A stretch of 64,000 nt of DNA from Planctomycetota bacterium. GTDB lineage: Bacteria > Planctomycetota > PLA2 > JAEUHO01. This document shows, piece after piece, positions 10,159 to 20,435 of this stretch (position 1 is the first letter of the stretch; each line of letters opens with the position of its first letter). The translations under genes and the position numbers were made by a program. The notes under the pieces are model-generated. The model did no database searches and was not told the origin of the DNA. It worked only from the letters and a program-made list of their open reading frames with translations. Location: the NCBI GenBank assembly GCA_965222115.1, contig CBDCTJ010000007.1, positions 1,932,082-1,996,081 on the forward strand, read 5' to 3'.

Positions 10159-11499
10159 ATGAGCAAAGCAATCAAGCCCCACACCATGCGACGTGGATTT
10201 TGGTTACTCAACCTCGCACTCATTGCTGGCGTGGGGTACCTCGGCTATCAGTTCTTCACCAAGACGCGACCGGCTGTTGCCAGTGTGATCAACCGCAAGT
10301 CAAAGAAGTTGCCCAAGCCGTATCAGAAGCAGGTCAACGCCTATGCGCGTGCCTCCAAGAGTCTCGACTGGAAGCCGCGTCCACCGGTTATGAATGCTGA
10401 ACTCGAAAAAGTCATTCTTCGCAAGGACTATGAAGAGCGCAATCACTGGATCTTTTCCGGTCCGATGCCTCCGAAGGACAAGCCTGAAGTCATATCGGAT
10501 CCTGTGAAGCCGAAAGGCCCAAGGGGCCTCGCCGCAATCGGTCGCGTTGTGATGGCGACCTACATTCCCGGCAATCACTCGATCGTTTTCAGGTTTGGCA
10601 AAGGTGGTCCGCCCGCCGCAACAAAGTCAGCGCCGGGCAAGGCGCCGAAAGCGCCTCCCGGCAACACCGGCACGTTTACGCAGGGTGAGTTCATTCGCGA
10701 AACTCCGGAAGCCGCAAAGCGCTTCAAGTTTATCGACCTTGTGCGTGTCAACGACAAGCTCGGCGTGTTCAACGTCGTGTACGACGTGCATGACACATCC
10801 AGTGGCGAACGCGTCGAAGAGCGCAAGATGTACCTCTATGACACCAACCCACCGGATGATGACAGCGGTATTATTGTTTTCGCCGGCGACGCAGCAAAGC
10901 GTGCTGCCGCAAAGGTGGCGGCTGAAGGCCAGAATGGTGAGGGCACGGCCGGGGAGGGCGGCACGGGAGAGGCAGGCGAGGGCGAAACTACCGAAGCCGT
11001 TAGCGAAACGCCTACGGATGTCGGCACGACGAAACCCGTTGAGAGCGACACCTATGTTGTGGCCGATTTGCGGCCACAGGATCTGCGACCCAAGCGTCAC
11101 AATCTCGTGGGCGGGCGCAAGGGCATTGCCTTTGACAAGCGCACCTTCGACTATTTCCGCGGCAAGAATGCCAAGAAGGTCGCCGAGTCCATCAAGACCG
11201 AAATTGCACGGGATCCCAAGACGGGTACCACGTTGGGTTTGCGGTTTACGGGCTTCGGCAAAGACTCTCCCGCCGATGTATTCGATGTTAAGCGCGGCGA
11301 CATCTTAGTGTCGATCAATGGCCAGCGCGTGGCCAGCCGGGCCGACGTTATGGGCCTCATTGATCGCCTCAAGAACGCAAAGACTGTTGAAGTCGTACTC
11401 GACCGACTTGGCAAAAGAGTCACCTACATGGTTGACCCCAGCGATCCCCGCACCCGCCGCGAAGCGCGCTATTTGACTCAATTTGCGGAGCAAGAGTAG
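10159..11499 (+). CDS. Bitopic membrane protein with C-terminal PDZ domain, GspC/PilP-like
   Basis: Short basic N-terminus and one TM (FWLLNLALIAGVGYLGYQFF). Low-complexity A/G/E-rich linker. C-terminal PDZ (GLRFTGFGKDSPADVFDVKRGDILVSINGQRVASRADVMGLIDRL). RBS AGGAG upstream. Confidence 0.5.
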   Translation: MSKAIKPHTMRRGFWLLNLALIAGVGYLGYQFFTKTRPAVASVINRKSKKLPKPYQKQVNAYARASKSLDWKPRPPVMNAELEKVILRKDYEERNHWIFSGPMPPKDKPEVISDPVKPKGPRGLAAIGRVVMATYIPGNHSIVFRFGKGGPPAATKSAPGKAPKAPPGNTGTFTQGEFIRETPEAAKRFKFIDLVRVNDKLGVFNVVYDVHDTSSGERVEERKMYLYDTNPPDDDSGIIVFAGDAAKRAAAKVAAEGQNGEGTAGEGGTGEAGEGETTEAVSETPTDVGTTKPVESDTYVVADLRPQDLRPKRHNLVGGRKGIAFDKRTFDYFRGKNAKKVAESIKTEIARDPKTGTTLGLRFTGFGKDSPADVFDVKRGDILVSINGQRVASRADVMGLIDRLKNAKTVEVVLDRLGKRVTYMVDPSDPRTRREARYLTQFAEQE

Positions 11500-11650
11500 A
11501 GTACGAGCTGAGCAAGAATAGCGGACGCGCGCGGAGCACGAGTCGCCAACGCGCGGTCGACGAGCAATACATTTAGGCGAGTAACGCGGTGCGCGAATCT
11601 CGCGTCACGACGTCGGACCATTCCGCGACTCCCTTCCATCTACGGCTACC

Positions 11651-12442
11651 TTGCGCGAGACGAAACGCGCGAGGAACGCCATGGCCGCACCCGATCTCGA
11701 TCTCATTCTGGTCGTCGACGTAGGCAACAGCGGTGCCAAATTGGGGGCTGTGCGCGGTGACACCGTAGCGGGACCTGTACGGCTGCCACGCGCCGATGGT
11801 CGTGCCGTGGGGGATATGGCCAAACCCATGCTGCAGGGACGCAAAGCCGTCGTTGCCATCGCTGGAAGCGATCCCAAGAAAGTCGAAGGTCTTGCCTGGG
11901 AAGTGCGCAAGCTCGCATTGGGTACGTGCGTAAACGTGGATGCCAATCATCCCGGCATTCCCGCGGCGAAGGTCGATCAACCTCACAAGGCGGGCGTGGA
12001 TCGTCGGGTTCAAGCGTTGGCCGCCGTGAACATGGCCGGCGAAGCCAGCGTTGTCTTGTCGTGTGGCACCGCACTCACGATTGACTTGGCCGACGCTGAC
12101 GGCGCCTTGCTCGGGGGCGCGATACTCCCCGGCGTTGGCCTTGGCGCTGTGTCGCTCGCTGAACGTACGGCCGCACTGCCGCGCGTTGATCTCAAAGGCG
12201 AGGTCAGTATGCCGGCAAAGAATACAGAAGAAGCGATTCGCACCGGTTTGTTGCTCGGCGCGGCGGGCGCCGTGGATCGGCTTCTGGCCCATGCTGACAT
12301 CCCCGAATCGATGCCCGTTTACCTGACAGGATTTGATGCGGCGGCTTTGGCCCCCCACCTGAAACGCCCCGTTCGTTCGTCACCGGGGTTGGGTATGTAC
12401 GGCGTGGCTTTGGCCGTGCGTGCGGCACCGCCAAGGCGGTAA
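11651..12442 (+). CDS. coaX: Type III pantothenate kinase
   Basis: LILVVDVGNSGAKLGAV N-terminal ASKHA motif; VVLSCGTALTIDLADADGALLGGAILPGVGL matches CoaX. Confidence 0.85.
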   Translation: MRETKRARNAMAAPDLDLILVVDVGNSGAKLGAVRGDTVAGPVRLPRADGRAVGDMAKPMLQGRKAVVAIAGSDPKKVEGLAWEVRKLALGTCVNVDANHPGIPAAKVDQPHKAGVDRRVQALAAVNMAGEASVVLSCGTALTIDLADADGALLGGAILPGVGLGAVSLAERTAALPRVDLKGEVSMPAKNTEEAIRTGLLLGAAGAVDRLLAHADIPESMPVYLTGFDAAALAPHLKRPVRSSPGLGMYGVALAVRAAPPRR

Positions 12443-12480
12443 AGCCTGATCAGTTCGGATCGAATCTACTCGGAGACAGC

Positions 12481-13872
12481 ATGGCGCGTTGGCACTTGAT
12501 ACAGAATGCAACCCGCGTGCTCGACACCACCCATGCCCTCGATCTCCGTGGTGTAGATCTCTGGATTCGAAACGGCACACTGATCGATGTGATAGCAAGC
12601 GGTTCGGACGCCCCTGCATTGCTCAAGCCCGATGATGAACTTCACATCGTGGACGCACACGGCTTGCTCGTTACGCCGCGGTTTATGGACATTCATGTGC
12701 ATTTTCGTGAGCCGGGAAACGAGGACGCGGAAACGCTGGCGACGGGACGCAGGGCGGGATTGCGCGGCGGCTACGGGTGTGTGTTCACTATGGCGAACAC
12801 CACGCCGGTCTGCGATGAACCGGGCCTTGTGGAACGAACCGTAAACGCACCCATGGGCGACGATCCGTGTGACGTGGTTCCTGTGTCGGCCCTCAGTCGG
12901 GGGCTACGAGGTAGTGAACTCGTTGACTTGGAGGCTATGGCTGCGGCAGGGGCCGGCGCGTTTAGTGATGACGGCACGTGGTTGGCCGATCGAATGTTGG
13001 CGCGCCAGGCCTTTCAGTGGGCGGCGAAGAACAACGTTTTGATCATGCAACACTGCGAGGACTTCGAGGTTACGGGGCCGGGCGTACTGCACGCGTGTTC
13101 ATGTACTCACACTGCGGACATTCCCGGTATTGATCGCCGCGCCGAAGACAAGGCCGTGGCCGCCGATATCGCGTTGGCCGAGGAGACGCACGCAGCGTTT
13201 CATGTGTGCCACATTTCCACCGAAGGCGCCGTGAAGGCGTTGCGGGCCGGTCGTGAACGTGGGCTTTCCGTTACCGGTGAAGTTACGCCGCATCATTTGC
13301 TTTTGACCGCGGACGACGCCGTTGCCGGGGGTGTGGATTTCAAAATGAAGCCACCACTACGTGAATCAAACGATGTAGACGCATTGATTGACGCTTTGCA
13401 AGATGGGACCATTGAGGCGATCGCAACCGATCACGCGCCTCACACCGACGCGAGCAAAGCCGGCGGCCTGCTGCGCGCCCCCTTTGGTGCCATCGGCCTT
13501 GAGACAGCGTTCCCGTCGCTCTATACGGGGCTGGTCAAGACGGGTCGGTTGGATCTTGAACGGCTCGTTTCTGGGCTCACCACAGGTCCCGCGCGCATCG
13601 TGGGTCGTGACGTCCCTCTCATTGCCGTGGGCGAGGCATTCGACGCGAATCTGATCGATCTGGAGCACGAGGAAGCCGTCGATCGCGACCTGCTTGCCTC
13701 AAGGAGCAAAAATTGCCCATTTCATGGCCTGACGCTCATCGGCTGGCCGGTGGCGTCCTTTTGCCGGGCCCAGCTCTTAGTCCATCGGCCCAGAATCAAT
13801 GAGCGAATCCGCACCTACCACAACGCGAACGAGCGTCTTGAGGGCGATTCTGGACCCCCCAAAACGACGTAA
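12481..13872 (+). CDS. pyrC: Dihydroorotase (cyclic amidohydrolase family)
   Basis: Metal-binding HVHFREPG; VTGEVTPHHLLL; IATDHAPH motifs. Confidence 0.8.
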   Translation: MARWHLIQNATRVLDTTHALDLRGVDLWIRNGTLIDVIASGSDAPALLKPDDELHIVDAHGLLVTPRFMDIHVHFREPGNEDAETLATGRRAGLRGGYGCVFTMANTTPVCDEPGLVERTVNAPMGDDPCDVVPVSALSRGLRGSELVDLEAMAAAGAGAFSDDGTWLADRMLARQAFQWAAKNNVLIMQHCEDFEVTGPGVLHACSCTHTADIPGIDRRAEDKAVAADIALAEETHAAFHVCHISTEGAVKALRAGRERGLSVTGEVTPHHLLLTADDAVAGGVDFKMKPPLRESNDVDALIDALQDGTIEAIATDHAPHTDASKAGGLLRAPFGAIGLETAFPSLYTGLVKTGRLDLERLVSGLTTGPARIVGRDVPLIAVGEAFDANLIDLEHEEAVDRDLLASRSKNCPFHGLTLIGWPVASFCRAQLLVHRPRINERIRTYHNANERLEGDSGPPKTT

Positions 13873-14409
13873 GTTCCCTCAAAAAATGGTGTTGGGATCA
13901 ACGACCGCTAAAAATTGTAATGGAATGATGTTTGCGATTCTTCCCTCGCCGGAATCGGTCCCGCCCGCGGCGGGAGACTGCTGCTAGCGAGCGCCGTTTG
14001 TTTGGTGTTCGTCTCGCAAACATATTGATTTCGGTTCGGTGTCGAATTTGAGGCAGTGGCGGTGCCGCTGCTATTTCGGTCGGTTTGTCAGTTAGAGCGG
14101 GTTCGGTCGTGACTGCGTCCAATATCCGCTTTACGGTTGACCGGCGCGTCCGTAAGTTAGGAGCGTTCAAAGGTTAGGAAAGTCCAGCGATCCGGATTCT
14201 TTGCGGTCCAGGGTCGTGGGGCGGGTTTTCGGTTGCGGGACGTTTACAAACACGGATTCACAAAGACAAGGGTTGGCTGAGCGCTGAGAACGAGTTTGTC
14301 GCGCTATCGAGTCAACGCCTTTGATTCACGAGAGTTTTTGGAAAGCAAGATCCCCTAAGAGCACATGCGTATCGCGAGCGCGTGAAGGTTGCGGGGTGAG
14401 GAGCTGCAG

Positions 14410-16707
14410 ATGGTCCGAACAAATCGAGAAGGACGAGTAAGGCAATCTCGCCTTATTCAGCGTGCGGCACGCCTACGTCAGAAGGTGGGCTGTGTACTCG
14501 CACTTTGTGCTTCGATCGGCGTGAGCATGATGGCCGCTTCGTGTGGCGGCGGGGGTACGGGTAGTGCCGCCGCAGAGATGCGTTTGGTCGAATTCCTAAT
14601 TGTGGACCGCGCGTTGAATCCAGCGGCCTCAACAGGAAGTTTGAGCGTTCCGCGCAATGCTCAGTTCTTGATGGTCTTTTCCGAGATTGTTGACCCGGCC
14701 ACGGTGGACCAGCAGACCATTCAGGTGCGCACCGGCCCGGCCTTTCAGAGCGTGCCTACGGGATCCTTCTCGGTGTCCGGTCGTCGCGTGGTCTGGGACC
14801 CAACGGTCGATGTGCAGGGCCAGCCCAATCCACAGGGGTTGCCGTCAATCCAACAGTTCAGCATCAACATTCCGAGCTTTGAAGAGCAGCCGGGTGTCGT
14901 AAACAACTTGGACGCCGACCCCAACTTGAGTGCGTTCTTCACCAACTTCACTACATCCGATGGCTACCTGCGCGAATTGGTTCCGCCGGAGTTTGTCGGG
15001 TTCTACTTCATTCCGGAGCCCGATCCACTTACCGGTCAGATTCCTGGCAATGGTGTCTTGGCACTAGAGTTCTCCGAGGCGATGGACCCCGCCACATTCA
15101 TTCAGTCCCTCGGACCGGAACCCACTGCAGCTTCTGGTGTCGATATCCGCTATTTGGGCGGCACGCCCATCACGCCGCCGCCGGCTGTCAACGCGCCGGT
15201 TGCGGGTAAGTCCATCCCCGGTACGTTCACCAACGACGCAGCCATGAAGACCTTCTTCTTCAAGCCTGCGTTCTCGTTCGGCGATCAGAACTTTGTGTTC
15301 AACTTCAGCGTGTTTCAGGCGCTCAAGGATCTCGCGGGCAACTCGCTGATCAACCCTCAGAGTCGTGGCGATTTCGTTTGCGACGGTCTCGGAAACGCGA
15401 CGGGTTCGTTGCTCATTCAGGATTTTGAAAACACCGGTCCGTTCAAGCCAGACCACGACATCACGGCGGCGCCACCCGCCGACTGGGGTACGGGTGAAGC
15501 GGGCACGTTGCAGGGCGTACTGACTCCGCCGCGTGAGCAGACGATCTACGGGTACTTTGAGGCCGATGGGAATGACGACGGGACTTCAAATCGCGGCCAA
15601 TACTCGGCCACTCCCGATCCATTGGTAGGCGCAGATTTGAATCAGTTCGTTACGCCGGCCGTTCCCACGTCGGAAGGGCGTCGTGTGATGTTGTCCTTTA
15701 GCCATGAGGATATGGGGCCGCGTGGCAGCATTGTGGGCGCCGGCTGGGGGCCCGATTTCAATCGCACGTTTGCGGCGCTGTATCAGAACATTTATCTGCG
15801 CGCTGGCTACCAAGCCAACGACAGCGTGACATTGTCTGCTTCGTTCGCTGCCAACTTCAAGGGCGACCCCGCGCTGCTTTATCAGGGTGACTACACCGTG
15901 GGTAGTAATGCGGACGTTGGCAACAAGGCTACGCCTACCTATAATGGAGAGCCAAACGTCGGTGGTGCGCCAGGTTGCGTTTTTGCGAACTCGACGACCC
16001 AGTTCCTGTTTGACTGGACGGGCTTTTACGACTGGCCGGCATTTACAAACTTCTTTGAATGGGATCCGGCTCCATCCACATCGGGTGCCGACCCGGTGTT
16101 CATATTTGACGCCAGCGTGCCGGAAGGTTCTACGTTCCAGGCCATGCGTCGGTGGTCGGCGACCACGTTCGTGTGCTCGGGATTCCAGATTCCTTCTTAT
16201 CCGCTGCGGCGGTTGATGGGTATCTACGAGCAAGACGTAGTCAAGCCGCCGGAGCAGTTTGGCGTCACGCGCAATCCTGAGAACTCACTTGCCGACACGT
16301 TGTTCACGATCAGGACAGTGCGGAGCCTTGCGCGTTCGAAGTTCTACACGCCCACATTGCCGCTTCCGGGTGATCCCACGTTCCCCAACGGGGTTTCGGG
16401 TGGGTCCGTGTCGCTTGGTGGGACCACGTTCGGTACGAATTCGGATTATCTGACGCCTCAGATTGTTCCGCCCGTACAGGCGGGCGGCGCCAAGGTCGTG
16501 ATTGAGTACCAGGGTGCACAAGCGGTGCTTGCAGATCGCACCACCATCGACGCTGCGTTCCCGTTCACGGACTGGACACAGAATATCGATGACTGCGATG
16601 GCTATGCGTGCATTCGCTGGCGCGCCACGTTGATTGCCAACATTGTGAGCGAAGTTGTTCCCCAGGTCACTTCGATCACCATTCCGGTGCAGTCGTCCGG
16701 CCCCTAG
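14410..16707 (+). CDS. Large secreted lipoprotein with N-terminal SbsA/Big_5-like Ig domain (unknown function)
   Basis: GAGGAG RBS 6 nt before ATG 14410. Signal peptide plus lipobox (MMAASC) then a Gly run. Ig-like motif SLSVPRNAQFLMVFSEIVDPATVDQQTIQV. Paralogous in its N-terminal part to the next gene. Confidence 0.6.
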   Translation: MVRTNREGRVRQSRLIQRAARLRQKVGCVLALCASIGVSMMAASCGGGGTGSAAAEMRLVEFLIVDRALNPAASTGSLSVPRNAQFLMVFSEIVDPATVDQQTIQVRTGPAFQSVPTGSFSVSGRRVVWDPTVDVQGQPNPQGLPSIQQFSINIPSFEEQPGVVNNLDADPNLSAFFTNFTTSDGYLRELVPPEFVGFYFIPEPDPLTGQIPGNGVLALEFSEAMDPATFIQSLGPEPTAASGVDIRYLGGTPITPPPAVNAPVAGKSIPGTFTNDAAMKTFFFKPAFSFGDQNFVFNFSVFQALKDLAGNSLINPQSRGDFVCDGLGNATGSLLIQDFENTGPFKPDHDITAAPPADWGTGEAGTLQGVLTPPREQTIYGYFEADGNDDGTSNRGQYSATPDPLVGADLNQFVTPAVPTSEGRRVMLSFSHEDMGPRGSIVGAGWGPDFNRTFAALYQNIYLRAGYQANDSVTLSASFAANFKGDPALLYQGDYTVGSNADVGNKATPTYNGEPNVGGAPGCVFANSTTQFLFDWTGFYDWPAFTNFFEWDPAPSTSGADPVFIFDASVPEGSTFQAMRRWSATTFVCSGFQIPSYPLRRLMGIYEQDVVKPPEQFGVTRNPENSLADTLFTIRTVRSLARSKFYTPTLPLPGDPTFPNGVSGGSVSLGGTTFGTNSDYLTPQIVPPVQAGGAKVVIEYQGAQAVLADRTTIDAAFPFTDWTQNIDDCDGYACIRWRATLIANIVSEVVPQVTSITIPVQSSGP

Positions 16708-17027
16708 TTCGAAGAGATCGCGCCGAGAGGATTGCGTCGAGATGAACGCGGGATTGTCGGTGGCACGCTCGCGAGTTATGAAGCACGAACCCGGCGGTCA
16801 TGGGACCGCCGGGGGCTCGTTCGACGAGCGACGTATAGATCAAGAGTCGAGAGTCCAAGAGACTTCGAGCGAGCGGCACATGTGTGAGACGTATGCCCAG
16901 AGGGTGCGTTTCAAGCGCACGAGGCGTTTAGGTCAAGGCGTAAGAAACATAGAGAATCGTGAGTCGGTCCGTTCAGTGGCATCTGCGCGCGGCTGACTTG
17001 AAAAGAAATCGTAAGGAGATTCGTTCG

Positions 17028-20000
17028 ATGAATCTTAGTCAAGCAAATACGAATCAGGGCACGGCCTCGCGAGGCGGCTGGATCCGTGCGCGGCTAGCCT
17101 GCATTGCGCTCATGGTGAGTGTCGTCAGTGTCGGCACCAGCATGACTTCATGTGGTGGCGGTGGAGGCGGTGGGGGTGACCCCGACCTCGTGCTGGTGGG
17201 GTTCAACCTGCCAAACATTTCCGGGGTTGCGCTCAACACGCCCATCATCCTCACCTACAGCGCACCGATTGATCCGCAAAGTGTCACGCTCGATACGCTG
17301 CGAATCACCGGGAACCCCAACCCGCAATTTGACCGCACGATTGTTGACGGCGCGGTGATTGCGGTGCTGCCGCAGACCCCCAGCTTCTCCGACTACTCGG
17401 ATGTGGGACTTGCGCCGGGGACGACCTATACGGTCAGCATGCCCACCTTCCCCGCGATCGACACGATTGAATCGACCTCGGGGAAGCCGTTGCTTGAAGC
17501 CGAGACCTACAACTTCACCACGACGCCCACCATTACGTTTGTTGAGCCGCGCCGCGCGTTCTTGTATGGCGTTCCTCCGAGCGCAGGTGGAACCAGCGAC
17601 ACCGAGGGGTGTTTGCAGAACTCGCAAAACGCGCTCTACGTGTCGCCTACCGTGGATCCGTCCGTCGTACAGACCGGGTCGGCGCCGGGTGCGAACTTGA
17701 TTTGTTTGTGGAACCAGGGCGCGCCGCGCGTCATTGAGCCCTCCGCCACACCTCGCCACGACCAGCGCGCGGTTGGCCTGCCTTCCAACGCATTGCCTGG
17801 CTTCGTCGAGATTCCTGCGATTCGTATCCCCATCAATGAGCCGCTCGATCCGCTTACGGTCGCGCAGTACATCCCCACGTCACAGTTGGGCGTGAATGTC
17901 CAGTTGTGGCACGTGGCCGAAAGTGATGGGACCTTCCCGCCCTTCAACGGCATCCGTCAGATTCCGACGAACCAGCCGAGCGCCATTCAGGACAACGGTA
18001 GCTTCGAGATTCTGCTCGTGCCATCAGGTCCTATTCCGCAGGGTACGTTTGTTATCAACATCTCTCCTGCGGTCACGGACCTACCTGGCAATGGTCTCAC
18101 GACGGCCGACGCCCCGTCTCCTGCGATTGGCGGATACGATCAATACACGGGTCAGACCGCGTTCACCGACACGATTCCGGCTGGATACAAGATCTTCTTC
18201 CAGACGTTGCAAGTGCCTGGCGAGTTCTTGTCGTTGGCGGACCAGTTTGATGCCAACACCCATGAGTGGGGCGATCTCGCCAACGGCGACGCGGAAACGA
18301 TCAACGACGAGACGGGTGTGTTCACCATGAGCACGACCCCCGCCGATCCCGATGACGACAACACCGGTGGTACAACGACGCCGAACAAGACCACGACGTT
18401 TACTGCCGCGGATCCCAGTGCCACGTTCATTGGACAGTCAACCACGGCCAACTGGGGTGGCGGCAATCTCGCCACCACCGGTTTCCGATTCATGAATCTG
18501 GACAGCCTGCGCGTCAACGAAGACGCGGACTCGGGCGCAAGTGCTCTTAAGGCGGTGTGGAAGCCCTACTCCGGTTCCGGTGTGGATGGCGTGTTTACGA
18601 CAACCAGTTCGCAGACCATCGACACCACGCCGGGCAGTGCTACCGCGAGTAGCAATGCAGACGCGATCTACGAATTCGAGGAGTTCACCGTCGCTGCTGG
18701 GCACACGCTCACCGTATCGGGTAGCCGCCCGCTCGTGATTCTTTGCCGCGGCGACGTCACGATCAATGGCGAGATTCACGCCAACGGAGCGCAAGGCGGC
18801 CCCGGTCTTAACACGGACGGTTCAGCTACCTATACCAATCCGCCGACGATTCCGTTTGGTGGCGAAGGCGGTGCTGCAAACGCCGGCGGTGGCCGAGGCG
18901 GCAACGGCGCCGACCCCGTGTTGGCCATTGCATCAGGTAACGGAACTGGACCCGAGAGCATCTTCGGCACGTTCCTTGCCGAGAACACCGTGAGTGGTGG
19001 TGGTTCGGGTATATCGGGTGATGACTCCGCAGCAGGCGGCAACGGCAACAACGAAGTGGCCGGTGGTGGCGCCGGTGGCGGCTTCGCGACCGCTGGTGGC
19101 GGAGGCACATTGGCCGATGGCGGCCTTGGTAGCACAGCCGGTGCAGCCTTTGGGAATCCCGAGTTCCATCGCCTCTTGACTCACTTCCAACCCGATCGTG
19201 GCTACAGCCCCATGGCTGATGTTACCGGAGGTACTGGTGGCGGCGGTGGCGGCTTGGACGATGACAATGGCGCCGCTGAGCTTGGCAATGCCACGCCAGA
19301 GAACGGTGACGATGGCGGTGGCGGTGGTGGCGCCGGTGGCGGTGGCATCATGATCATTGCGCACGGCAAGATTACCGTTGCCGGTTCGATTCAGTGCAAC
19401 GGTGGCGCCGGTGGTAATACCTACGCCGAAGCCGATCAGACGGTAGACGGCACGCCCGCGGTTACGGGCGTCAATCTTGCGGCCGCGGCCTCCGGTGACG
19501 GTGGTCCTGGTGGCGGTGGCTCGGGTGGCGGCATCTTGCTTGCCGGTCGTGATGGCGTCGAGGTTACGGCTGCCGGATCAATATCTGCCGTGGGTGGCGC
19601 CGGTGGCGCCTCGGGCGACATCGATTTGGTCGGTGGTACGGGCAGCGATGGCCGCATTATCCTCGCCAAGTTTGCTGGCGCAGGTGGCACGGTAGTCAAT
19701 AGCGGCACCGTCAATCCCGCACCCACGACAACCGTGGACTATGCGCCCACAGTAGATCTTGCCAGTGTTGCGCAGAGCGACTGGTACGACTTGCTAGGAC
19801 CTCCCGTAGTGTTCGCACCCAAGGTTCCGGATACGCCAACGGGTATTCCGCAGTTGCCGGTTTTCAATAGCAACTTCTCGGACCTCACGGCAGCTGGCCT
19901 TGTGCAGGGAACCGACTGGGACGCCGTTTGGGAGTTCCAGGGCGCAGATACGCTCACGCCCGAGCCCAATGCAACTGCAACGGGTACGCCCACGCCCACG

Positions 20001-20177
20001 TCGGCAACGGGTCTCACGAGTTGGGAGCCCGTGTCCAACATTACGGCAATCAACAACAAGCGTTGGGTGCGCTATCGCTGGCGTTTCTTCGTCGCCGATA
20101 CGTACAACGGATGGGGCGTCGGCACCGCCGATCCGCTGCCGCAAGTCACAGACGTAGTAATCCCGTTCCGGAAGTAG
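17028..20177 (+). CDS. Large secreted lipoprotein: Ig-like N-domain plus C-terminal Gly-rich (beta-helix-like) region
   Basis: AAGGAG RBS 8 nt upstream of ATG 17028. Lipobox TSMTSC followed by G8. Ig-like motif NTPIILTYSAPIDPQSVTLDTLRI. About 300 aa of GG(A/S)GG repeats with periodic hydrophobics (IMIIAHGKITVAGSIQCNGGAGG, ILLAGRDGVEVTAAGSISAVGGAGG). Confidence 0.6.
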   Translation: MNLSQANTNQGTASRGGWIRARLACIALMVSVVSVGTSMTSCGGGGGGGGDPDLVLVGFNLPNISGVALNTPIILTYSAPIDPQSVTLDTLRITGNPNPQFDRTIVDGAVIAVLPQTPSFSDYSDVGLAPGTTYTVSMPTFPAIDTIESTSGKPLLEAETYNFTTTPTITFVEPRRAFLYGVPPSAGGTSDTEGCLQNSQNALYVSPTVDPSVVQTGSAPGANLICLWNQGAPRVIEPSATPRHDQRAVGLPSNALPGFVEIPAIRIPINEPLDPLTVAQYIPTSQLGVNVQLWHVAESDGTFPPFNGIRQIPTNQPSAIQDNGSFEILLVPSGPIPQGTFVINISPAVTDLPGNGLTTADAPSPAIGGYDQYTGQTAFTDTIPAGYKIFFQTLQVPGEFLSLADQFDANTHEWGDLANGDAETINDETGVFTMSTTPADPDDDNTGGTTTPNKTTTFTAADPSATFIGQSTTANWGGGNLATTGFRFMNLDSLRVNEDADSGASALKAVWKPYSGSGVDGVFTTTSSQTIDTTPGSATASSNADAIYEFEEFTVAAGHTLTVSGSRPLVILCRGDVTINGEIHANGAQGGPGLNTDGSATYTNPPTIPFGGEGGAANAGGGRGGNGADPVLAIASGNGTGPESIFGTFLAENTVSGGGSGISGDDSAAGGNGNNEVAGGGAGGGFATAGGGGTLADGGLGSTAGAAFGNPEFHRLLTHFQPDRGYSPMADVTGGTGGGGGGLDDDNGAAELGNATPENGDDGGGGGGAGGGGIMIIAHGKITVAGSIQCNGGAGGNTYAEADQTVDGTPAVTGVNLAAAASGDGGPGGGGSGGGILLAGRDGVEVTAAGSISAVGGAGGASGDIDLVGGTGSDGRIILAKFAGAGGTVVNSGTVNPAPTTTVDYAPTVDLASVAQSDWYDLLGPPVVFAPKVPDTPTGIPQLPVFNSNFSDLTAAGLVQGTDWDAVWEFQGADTLTPEPNATATGTPTPTSATGLTSWEPVSNITAINNKRWVRYRWRFFVADTYNGWGVGTADPLPQVTDVVIPFRK

Positions 20178-20435
20178 GTTCCGCAAGCAGACACCTCAAC
20201 CAGCAGACCTCAATTGGCGGGCCGCATTCACGGTTCGGGCCGCCGATTCGATTGGTGGTCACTCGCTGCGAGGCGCGTCGTATCGGCGCGCCTCGTTTGC
20301 GTATGTCGAAGATGCGTTGCGTCGCATTGGAGACGCGGCGTGGCCAGGTCCCGGACCTAGCTCGTCGTACCCCCTTTTCAGCGAGCGCATGAGTCGGTAT
20401 CGTGGGGTCCCCAAGGTCAAAGGACCGAATGCCCT

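Noticed and set aside
13873-14409. 537-bp AT-richer intergenic region scanned for tRNA/sRNA
   Set aside because: No cloverleaf-compatible GTTCGA/TPsiC-like features. Only a short GC hairpin (about 13958-13976) without a U-tract. Treated as a promoter/regulatory region without a callable element.
18826-19726. Several antisense ORFs (18826-19110, 18830-19135, 18933-19364, 19436-19726) rich in Pro/Ala/Thr
   Set aside because: They are reverse-complement frames of the GGC-rich Gly-repeat region of the large lipoprotein gene.
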